Of a stretch of 64,000 nucleotides of DNA, positions 25,171 through 35,980 are shown in pieces. The position numbers and the translations under genes were made by a program. Below the pieces are notes generated by a model that saw only the letters and a list, made by a program, of their open reading frames with translations, did not search any database and was not told the DNA's origin. Source of the stretch: Mobula hypostoma (Eukaryota); contig NC_086101.1 in assembly GCF_963921235.1 (NCBI RefSeq), positions 9,488,001 to 9,552,000 of the forward strand, given 5' to 3'. How positions within the stretch are numbered: the first letter of the stretch is position 1; every line of letters begins with the position of its first letter.

Positions 25171-25257
25171 TATGATAATGGGCTGGATAGACCTTCCATA
25201 TCATAAGGAAATACATCAGGGCCAAATAATAAACTATCCTCTCCTTTCATTTGACAG

Positions 25258-25491
25258 GAACAGTCACAAAGCGTTCAGTCCCACATCACATCCCAGTTTG
25301 CTGAACTGCGCTGGATTATCACCGAGAAAGAGCAGCGTGCGCTCCGTGATCTCAGGGAAGAAGAGGAGAGGATCCTAAATCCAATGGAGAAAAATCTTCA
25401 AGTAATTCAAGAGAATTTAAATTCCATCCAGGAGGAAATCTCAAGGTTACAGGAACAGATGGATCAACAAGACAATATCATATTCCTCATG
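25258..25491 (+). CDS. TRIM exon 3 (234 nt, coiled coil)
   Basis: gacag|gaa ... atg|gtgaga; EQSQSVQSHITSQFAELRWIITEKEQRALRDLREEEERIL...DNIIFLM, no stop. Confidence 0.93.
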
Positions 25492-26579
25492 GTGAGAGAT
25501 TTCAGTTTGTTTCTGTAAAAGTGCAGAGTCACAAAATGATCTATTTTAACCATATAACCATATAACAATTACAGCACGGAAACAGGCCATCACGGCCCCT
25601 AGAGTCCATGCCGAACGCTTACTCTCACCTAGTCCCATCTACCTGCACTCAGCCCATAACCCTCCATTCCTTTCCTGTCCATATACCTATCCAATTTTTT
25701 TTTTAATGACAAAATCGAACCTGCCTCTACCACTTCTACTGGAAGCTCATTCCACACAGCTACCACTCTCTGAATAAAGAAGTTTTCCCTTGTGTTACCC
25801 CTAAACTTTTGCCCCTTAACTCTCAACTCATGTCCTCTTGTTTGAATCTCCCCCACTCTCAATGGAAAAAGCCTATCCACATCAACTCTATCTATCCCTC
25901 TCATAATTTAAAATACCTCTATGAAGTCCCCCCTCAACCTTCTACGCTCCAAAGAATAAAGACCTAACCTGTTCAACCTTTCTCTGTATCTTTGGTGCTG
26001 AAACCCAGGTAACATTCCAGTAAATCTCCTCTGTACACTCTCTATTTTGAGGATATCTACAATTCGGTGACCAGAACTGTACACAGTACTCCAAATTTGG
26101 CCTCACCAATGCCTTGTACAATTTTAACATTACATCCCAACTCCTATACTCAGTGTTCTGATTGATAAAGGCCAGCATACCAAAAGCTTTCTTCACCACC
26201 CTATCCACATGAGATTCCACCTTCAAGGAACTATGCACCATTATTCCTATATCCCTCTGTCCTACTGCATTCCTCAATGCCCTACCATTTACCATGTATG
26301 TCCTATTTTGATTAGTCATAGCAAAATGTAGCACCTCACACTTATTAGCATTAATCTCACTCTGCTACCTTTCAGCCCACTCTTCTAACTGGCCCAAGTC
26401 TCTCTGCAAGCTTTGAAAACCTACTTCATTATCCACAATGACACCTATCTTAGTATCATCTGCATATTTACTAATCCAATTTACCACCACATCATCCAGA
26501 TCATTAATGTATATGACAAACAACACCGGACCCAGTACAGATCCCTGAGGCACACCACTAGTCACCGGCCTCCAATCTG

Positions 26580-26822
26580 GATAGATTGATTATGTAGGTA
26601 GATAAATAGATAGATATACTTTATTGATCCCGAGGGAAATTGGGTTTCATTACAGCTGCACCAACCAAGAATATAGCATAAATATAGCAATACAAAAACC
26701 ACAAACAATCAAACAACAAAATGCAAACTATGCCAGATGGAGATAAGTCCAGGACCAGCCTATTGGCTCAGGGTGTCTGACCCTCCACAGGAGGAGCTAC
26801 AAAGTTCGATGGCCACAGGCAA
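26580..26822 (-). mobile_element. Rex1 3' end fragment
   Basis: (atag)n tail + tactttattgatcccgagggaaattgg, same family as the 2452 and 17671 copies. Confidence 0.75.
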
Positions 26823-26906
26823 TCTCCACAATCTGACAAACAGTTATCTACCACTACTCTCCGGCATCTCCCATCCAGCCACTGTTGAACCGTTGGCAAC
26901 ACTGTC

Positions 26907-27575
26907 GGCAACCGGGAGATCCTGTCTGTTGTGGCGGACGAAGCGGAGGTGCTCGACGAAGCGGTCCCCCAATCTGCGTCGGGTCCGCCACAACAGACAG
27001 GATCTCCCGGTTGCCACCCACTTCAACTCTGCTTCCCACTCCCATTCGGATATGTCCATACATGGCCTCCTCTACTGCCATGATGAGGCTAAACTCAGGT
27101 TGGAGGAGCAACACCTCATATACCGTCTAGGTAGTCTCCAGCCCCTTGGTATGAACATAGAATTCTCCAAATTTTGGTAATTCCCTCCCCCTCCCTTCCC
27201 CTATCCCTATTCCACTCTGCCCCCTCCTCCAGCTGCCTATCACCTCCCTCATGGTTCCGCCTCCTTCTACTACCCGTTGTGTTTTCCCCTATAACTTCTT
27301 TACCTTTCCTGCCTATCACCTCCCTGCCTCCTCTCCCCCACCCCTTTATCTTTCCCCTTACTGGTTTTTCACCTGGAACCTACCAGCATTCTCCATCCCA
27401 CCCTCCCCCCACCTTCCTTATAGGGCCTCTGCCCTTTCCCTCTTCAGTCCTGACAAAGGGTTCCAGCCCAAATGTTGACTGATTGTTTCCATTGATGCTG
27501 CCCAACCTGCTGAGTTCCTCCAGCATGTTGTGAATGTTGCTTTGACCCCAGCATTTGCAGAGTATTTCGTGTTTT
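26907..27575 (+). mobile_element. Penelope-like 3' fragment with inverted 5' end
   Basis: RQDLPVATHFNS...LRLEEQHLIYRLGSLQPLGMNIEF on +; 26907-26983 is upstream PLE sequence on the minus strand; perfect 33-bp inverted repeat. Confidence 0.85.
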
Positions 27576-29297
27576 CAATATTCATCTCTTTAGTGAAGAC
27601 TGAAGGAAAGAAATTGTTCAAAATCTCCCCATCTCTTTTAGCTCCGCATATAGCTGTCCACTCTGTTTCTCTAAGGAACCAATTTTATCCCTCACTATCC
27701 TATTGCTATTAATATAACTGTAGAAACCCTTTGGATTTATTTTCACTTTACTTGCCAAAGCAACCTCATATTTTCTTTTAGCTTTTCTAATCTCTTTCTT
27801 AAGATTCTTTTTACATTCTTTATATTCCTCGAGTACCTCATTTACTCCATTCTTCCTATATTTATTGTAGATCTCTCTCTTTTTCCGAACCAAGTTTCCA
27901 ATATCCCTTGAAATCATGGCTCTCTCAAACTTTTAACCTTTCCTTTCAACCTAACAGGAACATAAAGATTCTGTACCCTCAAAATTTCACCTTTAAATGA
28001 CCTCCAATTCTCTATTACATCCTTCCTATAAAACAAATTGTCCTAATCCACTCCTCCTAAATCCTTTCACATCTCCTTAAAAGTAGTCTTCCTCCAATCA
28101 AAAATCTCAACCCTGGGTCCAGTCCTATCCTTCTCCATAATTATATTGAAACTAATGGTATTGTGATCACTGGACCCGAAATGCCCCCCAACACATACCT
28201 CCATCACCTGACCTTTCTCATTCCCTAACAGAAGATTCAACACTGCCCCTTCTCTCATTGGTACCTCTATGTATTTTAACTCAGTGTGGCATTTACAAAT
28301 ACTGTAGTTCTAAACTGATTTGAACCAGACAGATGTTCTGACTGTTCAGGATTGTTCTTGTCCCCAAACTGGCCTCCCACAAATTCTGTACATCACAGGA
28401 CAGTCTGCAACCTTCTCGGGAGTGTTCACTCTGATCAGAACACTGAGCCAGTGATCATTTCTGTGATTCCCCACGTATAATATCCCGAGACACAGAGTAA
28501 CAACCCACTACAGTCACAGACTGTGAGTGTGTCTGGTGCAGTGGGTGTGAGGGTCTCTCTGTTGATCAGTGGGAACTGAGGTTGAATTCCAGAATGTGAC
28601 CTACACATCAGATTTACAATCTATATCTGGTTTGTATCAGGTTTGGTGTTTAGGAGAATTTTGCACTGTCTTTTTGTTTCTCAGAAATAGTCTTCATCGG
28701 AATATATCCCATTTTCCATCATAGACAGGCCTTTCAGTCCATTCTCTCCTATCAGTTTCCCTGCTTCACAAGCCTCCTCCCACCTACTCACCACACCCAG
28801 TAACAGTGACCCCAACTCCATGGTCCGTCATGTGTTTATGAAGCTTCCCCATCACATTCACTCTCTGCTGTTCCACTTCAACCACTCCTGTGGCAGTGAG
28901 TCCACGTTCTCTTCACTACATTTCTTGTGGAATTTATTAACAACCAACTGATGTTTTATCTTTGACTTATGGTCCCCATACAAGCAGAAATATTTTCTAT
29001 CAAATCCATTCGGAATCTTAAATTCCTCCATCTGATCCTCCCTGACATTATACCCAGCTAAAAATAGACAACCTGTCCAGTCTCTCCTGTAAGTTCCACC
29101 CTCTCAGTTATGGTATAAATTTCATACATATTCCTTGGACTTTCTCCTGTGGTTCAGTCTCCCTCTTTCTCCGTGTGTGTCAGTGGGAGTAAATGGGAAT
29201 TTTCAACAGTTTTTAATAAACTTAGCTCAGATTCCTGCTGTCGGGATGCCGACGGGTCAGTGTCAGTCAATTGAAATCTGTGTTTTGTTTATTTCAG

Positions 29298-29320
29298 GAG
29301 GAACCTCGTCGGAAGAGGAG
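29298..29320 (+). CDS. TRIM exon 4 (23 nt)
   Basis: tttcag|gag gaa cct cgt cgg aag agg ag|gtagga; 23-nt micro-exon typical of B30.2 TRIMs. Confidence 0.88.
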
Positions 29321-29416
29321 GTAGGACATGGTCTTTACTGAAACTCTGGATGGATTTGTAAAATAGTTCAAATATCACTGATGCTCAGTTTATAACTACA
29401 TGTATAATATTTACAG

Positions 29417-29535
29417 GATTAGTGAGGATGCCCAGAAATTGTCAGTGACAGATGGTGCCCTACTGGTTGAAAAATTCGATCACCCCTATTTGCTTGACAT
29501 AGCGTCGGAAGAAGTGATTGACTGCATTAAAAAAG
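29417..29535 (+). CDS. TRIM exon 5 (119 nt, linker)
   Basis: ttacag|g att ... aaa g|gtaaa; ISEDAQKLSVTDGALLVEKFDHPYLLDIASEEVIDCIKK; ends phase 1, matching exon 6. Confidence 0.88.
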
Positions 29536-29631
29536 GTAAAACATAAGATTCATTTGTCCTTGTTTATGAGACACAACTAAGTTATAATTAGACACAAAAT
29601 ATGGCTGTAATTATAGGCTGAAGGGAAACTA

Positions 29632-31480
29632 TAGACAATAAGACATAGGAGCAGAATTAGTCTCTTTGGCACATTGAGTTTGCTCCGCCATTTAATCATG
29701 GCTGATCCTTTCTTCCCCTCCTCAGCCCCTCTCCCCGGCCTTCTCCCTGTAACCTTTGATGCCACGTCCAATGTCCAATGTCCATGTCCATGTTCAATCA
29801 AGAATCTATTGAGCTCTGCCTTACGTACACCCAATGAACTGGCCTCCACTGCTGCCTGTGGCAATAAATTCATTAAATTCACCAACCTCTGGCTGAAGAA
29901 ATTTCTCCGCATCTCTGTTTAAATGGATGTCCCTCTATCCTGAGGCTGTGCCCTCTTGTCCTAGATTCCCCTCCATGGGGAACATCCTTTCTACATCTAC
30001 TCTGTCCAGGCATTTCAGCATTCGAAAGGTTTCAATGGCAGCCCCCCCATCCTTCTAAATTCCAGCGAGTACAGACACAGAAATGTCAAACGTTCCTCGT
30101 ATGATAACCATTTCATTCCCAGAATCATCATTGTGACCCTCCCTTGAACCCTCTCCAATGCCAGCACATCTTTTCTTAGATGAGGAGCCCAGAACTGTTC
30201 ACAACACTCAAGTTGAGGCCTCACTAGTTCCTTATAAATCCTGAGTATCACATCCTTGCTCTTGTATTCTAGACCTCTTAAATCAGATGCTAACATTGAA
30301 TTTCCTTCCTCACCACTGACTCAGTCTGCAAGTTATCCTTTAGGGTGTTCTGCACAAGGACTCCCAAGTCCCTTTGCATCTCAGGTTTTTGGATTTTCTC
30401 CCCACTTAGAATACAGTCTGCAGATTTATTTCTACTAGCAAAGTGCATGAGCATGCATTTTCCAACATGGTATTTCATTTGCCACTTTCTTGTCCATTCT
30501 GCGAATCTGCCTAAGTCCTTCTGCAGCCTATCTGTTTCCTCAACACTACCTGCCCCTCTACCAATCTTTGCATCAGCTGCAAACATAGCAACAAAGCCAT
30601 CCATCCCATCATCTACGAGGGTGATTGGTAAGTTCTCAGACAGTGCTTACTTGCAATTTTCAATTACCTGAAACAGAAATACCACAAAAGTTATTAACTT
30701 CAAACTTTCTGCATAATCACTCAAAGAGTTGAACTGCACGTGAATGTAACGAGAGCTGTATAACTCATCTCCTTCTACATTAGGCCATGAACTTATCAAT
30801 CACCCCTCGTAAGTCATTTATATACGGCATAAGTGGAAGTCGTCCCAACACCGACCCTTGCGGAACCCCACTAGTCACTGGCAACCAGCTAGGATGTGAT
30901 AATTTTATTCCCACTCGCTGTCTCCTACCGATCAGCCAATGCTCTAAACATGCCAGTAACTTTCCTGTAATACCATGGGCTCTTAACTTGGTGAGTAGCC
31001 TCGTGTGGCACCTTGTCAAAGGCCTTCTGAAAATCCATATATACAACTTCCCCGTTATCTATCCTACGCGGAATCTCCTCAACGAATTCCAACAGGTTTG
31101 TCTGTCGAGATTTTTCCTTAATTTTTCCTTAATTCCATGCTGAATTTGTCCTATCTTGTCCTGGGTCACCAAGTACTCCATCACCTCATCCTTAACAATT
31201 GACTGCAGCATCTTCCCAGACACTGAAGTCAGGCTAACTGGTCATAATTCCCTGTCTGCTGCCTTCCGCCTTTCTTAAAGAGTGGAGTGACATTTGCAAT
31301 ATTCCGGTCGTCTGGCACCATGCCAGAGTCAAATGATTTTTGAAAGATCATTACTAATGGCTCCACAATCTGTACCACTACCTCTTGCAGTTCATCTGGT
31401 CTGGGTCATTTATGTACCCTTAGGTCTTTCAGCTTTTTGAGCACCTTTTACCTTGTAAAATTAACTACACTCACTTAGTT
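29632..31480 (-). mobile_element. CR1 LINE 3' part
   Basis: RRNFFSQRLVNL, LVRPQLECCEQFW and GVPQGSVLG on the minus strand. Confidence 0.85.
30616..30809. mobile_element. Tc1/mariner MITE (194 bp)
   Basis: TIRs cgagg-gtgattggtaagttc / gaacttatcaatcacccctcg; TA duplicated at 30614-15 and 30810-11; removal restores CR1 ccatcatcTAagtcatt. Confidence 0.88.
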
Positions 31481-31524
31481 CTTCTGCCACCTCCTTGTCC
31501 CCCGTTACTACTTAATTTTAGGCT

Positions 31525-31752
31525 GAGAGTAGCAAATCTGTGGAATGCTCTGCCACAGACTGTGGTGGAGGCCGAGTCCATGTGTATATTTAAGGCGGAA
31601 GTTGATAGTTTCCTGATCGTTCAGGGCATCAAAGGATATGGCGAGAAGGCAGGTGTAGGTCATGGAGTGAGATCCAGGGTCAGCCATGATGGAATGGCAG
31701 AGCAGACGCGATGGGCTGAACAGCCTAACTCTGCTCCTATGCTTTATGGTCA
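31525..31752 (+). mobile_element. CR1 3' end fragment
   Basis: aatctgtggaatgctctgccacag...ctctgctcctatgctttatggtc. Confidence 0.75.
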
Positions 31753-31897
31753 CAGAACCGGACTCAGTTCCAGCGTCCCACCACCATGACTCTCCTCTGT
31801 TAGGTCAAACCCCCAACAGTATCCAAGATAATATACTGTACGTGTTGTTGAGGGGGATGGCTACAGGGGCACTCGACAATGGTTCCTTAACCGCTTT

Positions 31898-34140
31898 CCA
31901 TAAGATCATAAGATATAGGAGCAGAAGTAGGCCATTTGGCCCATCGAGTCTGCTACGTTGTTCAATCATGGGCTGATCGAATTCTTCCAGTCATCCCCAC
32001 TCCCCTGCCTTCACCCCATACCCTTTGATGCCCTGGCTGATCAAGAACCTATCAATCTCTGCCTTGAACACACCCAATGACTTGGCCTCCACAGCCACTC
32101 GTGGGAAGAAATTCCACAGATTTACCGCCTTCTCATGAAAGTAATTTCTCCGCATCTCAGTTTTTTTTTGGCGTGCGTGTCTTTTTCATGGCTTTTACAA
32201 GGCGCGGAGCGAGAGAGAGAGAGAGAGACTGTGTGGCACGCCACTCCTCATGCAGACATTTTCGCAGTATTTTTCCCTTTATTTTACGAGGTCGAATTGC
32301 GATCTCGACACTCAACACGGCACGGATGGAAAACGTACTCAGGAGCAGACCCGACTGGTTTCGAACCCAGGAACCTCCGCTACCGGGTCCAGCGCCGATT
32401 CAATCCTGAAGTCGTGCCCTCTTGTCCTAGAAACCCCTACCATAGGAAATAACTTTGCCATACCTAATCTGTTCAGGCCTTTTGACATTCAGAATGTTTC
32501 TATGAGATCCCCCCTCACTCTCCTGAACTCCAGGGAATACAGACCAAGAGCTGCCAGATGTTTCTCATACGGTAACTCTTTCATTCCTGGAATCATTCTC
32601 GTGAATCTTCTCTGAACCCTTTCTAAATACATCCTTTCTAAAACAAGGAACGCAAAATTGCACACTGTATTCCAACTGTGGTCTCACTTATAGAGCCTCA
32701 ACATCACGTCCCTGATCTTATATTCTATACCTCTAGAAACGAATATTGCATTCACCTTCTTCACAACCGACTCAACCTGGAGGTTAACCTTTAGGGTATC
32801 TCGCACAAGGACTCCCGAGTCCCTTTGCATCTCTGCATTTTTAATTCTCTCCTACTCTCTTGTAATCTGTGGTCCATATCCCAGCTACTATTGGGAGGCC
32901 TGTATATACCCTTGCATTTTCTTAACTCAGCCCACAAGGATTCAACATCTTCCATTCCTATGTCACATCTTTCTACTGATTTGATGCCATTCGTCACCAG
33001 TAGAGCCACACCACCCCCTCTGCCTACCTTCCTGTCACTCCGATATAATGTGTCAGCTCCCAACTACAACCATCCTTCAGCCACAATTCAGTGATGGCCA
33101 CAACATCACATTTGACAATCTGTAATAGTGCAACAAGATCATCCACTTTATTTCTTATCCTCCATGCATTAAAATATAACACTTTGAGTACTGTATTTGC
33201 TACCCTTTTTGATTTTGCATCCCTAATGCACTGATACTCACCCTGCTGGCTGCAATTATGACCTGTCATCTGTCTGCCCTTCCTGACAGTCTGACTGCAG
33301 GCTATCTTTGTTTTTTTACCATCCATCCTATCCTGAGTCCCCTCACTCCGGTTCCCACCCCCCTGCCAAATTAGTTTAAACCTTCCGCAACAGCTCTAAC
33401 AAACCTGCCCGTGAGAATTTTGGTTCCCCTCGGGTCCAGGTGCAACCTGTTACTTTTGAACAGGTTATATCTCCCTCAGAAGAGATCCCAATGATCCAAG
33501 AACCTGAAGCCCTGCCCCTTCCACCAATTTCCCAGCCATGCATTAATTGGCCAAATCATCCTGTTTCTACCCACACTGGCACACAGCACAAGCAGCAATC
33601 GAGAAATTACTTCCTGGGAGGTCCTGCTTCTCAACTTTCTACCTAGCTCTCTAAGTTCTCTGTTCAGGACCTCTTTTCACTGCGCTGACTGCCTATTTAC
33701 ATTTCCATTTCTCATGACAGACTCCCAGCTACTCGCCTCCTGCAACTTTGGAGTGACTACTTTCCAGTAATTCTGATCGATTATCTCCTCACTCCCCTCT
33801 ACAATCCGAAGGTCATCCAGCTGCTGCTCCAGATCCCGAATACAGTCTTCAGGGAGCTGGAGCTGGATGCACTTCACACAGATGGTGTTCACTGGGAGAC
33901 TCTGGTCTCCCAGGACTCCAACATCTGGATTGAAGAACACACAACAGCCATTTACTACACAAGGTACAGTAAGAGGGAAAAAAAAGAGAACTTTAACAGA
34001 AGTTTACCCAGAGTAATGCCTCTTTTAATGGTGAAGCCTCCTTTGAGCCAAAGCCTGACACTCCTACTCTCACCACTGACCTAATCCCAACAATGATCAC
34101 CCCGACAATGGCCGCTCCACTTGTCCCTTCTCTACTTTTA
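31898..34140 (-). mobile_element. CR1 LINE with ORF1 start and large internal deletions
   Basis: ORF1 ICVKCIQLQL...DLEQQLDDLR; APE start KVLYFNAWRIRNKVDDL joined near 32850 directly to the late RT region. Confidence 0.8.
32161..32399 (-). mobile_element. tRNA-derived SINE with poly(A) tail
   Basis: Minus-strand B-box ggttcgaaacc, internal (TC)n, A9 tail; interrupts a CR1 3' end. Confidence 0.7.
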
Positions 34141-34558
34141 AACAAGCATCGCAAACCTGATGGAAACCTCATCACTGAGTCCTGCTCATGCCTCTAATCG
34201 GGTCGTCGGAATTGAGGTTAATTCCGGCACCAACCCCACCTGTTGGGAAGCATCACTGTCACATGGTCAGCTGGAGATGTCAAATCCCTGAACAGACCAA
34301 CACAGGGGTAACATACAACCAACACACGGCACTGTTATGTGAACCACTGCGTCCTGATCCCATTCACACTGGACAAATACGCCAATGCATGAGTTTGAAT
34401 CCCAACACAGTAGCTCTGGAATTAACATTCAATGAATGACATTAAAGGGGATAAAATCTGGTATCACTGTGGTGACAGGGATTGTCAGAAAAATACACCA
34501 GTCCTTCGTGCCACTCACCGTGTCTGACCTGTCCGTGACCGCAGTCTGATTGACTCAA

Positions 34559-34577
34559 CTCTGCCCCCTGCTGGACT
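34559..34577 (-). promoter_or_regulatory. Candidate CTCF site in intron 5
   Basis: Minus strand ccagcagggggcag, a close match to the CTCF core, in non-repeat sequence. Confidence 0.4.
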
Positions 34578-35980
34578 CGCGAGTCTCACTGTTGTTATCA
34601 AACCACCACATTGACGCATCGTCAGACTAAGCCCGGACACACTGATCAGCATTGACCTCGGTGAACGATGGGAGAAGATCATGTAACCAGCCTGGCAAAT
34701 CTCCCTCACACACATGCACAAGGACGATTGATAAATTGTAGTCCGAACCTCAGCATTGCACACACACACACACACACACCAGTGATAAATACCCAGACGC
34801 ACCAGCAGACTGGGACACATAGTCAGAGACACAGACACAAATTTACATTTAAGAATGAAATCTGCCACCTTATCCAATCTGCCTGTTTTTGTGGCACTGA
34901 ACTGCCCTCTGAACTGACGTCACACCAACAGTTCACAGACAGACTCCAGGGTGAGATTCCGCAGGTGGATGATCTGGGAAGGGGTTTGGTAGAGGTTGAA
35001 CCCATGGCCCAACTCATCCATCCGGGCTAAGATGTCTTCCTGAGTAAGTCCCATTTCCGTGTGTTTGTCCCATATCCCTCTAACCATTTCCTATCCGTGT
35101 ACCTGTCTAGATTTATTTTAAAATATTTTCATTAAACCATAGACCATAAGACTAAGATATAGGAGCAGAATTAGGCCATTTTTCCCATTGAGTCTGCTCC
35201 ACCATCTGATCGTAGCTGATCCAATTTTCCTCTCAGCTCGAATCTCCTGCCATCTCCCCACATCCCTTCATGCCCTGACCAGTCAAGAATCTATCAACCT
35301 CTGCCTTAAATATACATAAAGACTTGACCTCAACCTCAACTTGTGGCAAAGAATTCCACAGATTCACCACTCTCTGGCTACAGAAATTCCTCCACATCTC
35401 CGTCCTAAAAGAATGCTTCCCCATTTTGAGACTGTGTCCTCTGGTCTTAGACTCTCCCACCACAGGAAACATCCTCTCCATATCCACTCTATCAAATCCT
35501 TTCAATGATAGATTTCAATGAGATCACCCCTCATTCTTCTGAATTCCAGTGAATACAGGCCCAGAGCCATCAAACAAAGCTCATATGACAAGCCATTCAA
35601 CACTAGAATCATTTTCATGAACCTCGTTTGAACTCTCTCTGCAGTTTCAGCTCATCCTTTCTGAGATAAAGGGCCCAAACCTGCTCACAATACTCCAGGT
35701 GAGGTCTGACCAGTGCCTTATAAAATTTCAACATTACATCCTTGCTTTTATGTTCCAGTCTTCTTGAAATGAATCCTAACATCAGATTTCCCTTCCTCAC
35801 CACAGACTCAACCTGCAAATTAACATTTACGGAATGCTGCACAAGATCTCCCAACTCCCTTTGCCCCTCAGTTTTTTTATATTTTCTCTCCATTTAGAAA
35901 ATAGTTAAGACATATGTTTTTTTCACCAAAGTGCACGACCATACACTTCCCGACACTGTATTCCATCTGCCATTTCTTTG

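Larger units (their letters stand above)
25551..28271 (-). mobile_element. CR1 LINE in intron 3 with 9-bp TSD, internally disrupted
   Basis: tattttaac at 25542-25550 and 28272-28280; (aaccatat)n tail; RT motifs [10 protein letters not shown] and SKYADD. Confidence 0.88.

Noticed and set aside
27445..27481. Active self-cleavage of TRIM pre-mRNA by the sense-strand hammerhead in intron 3
   Set aside because: Core is mutated (CTGACAA; G of GAAA lost), so activity is unlikely
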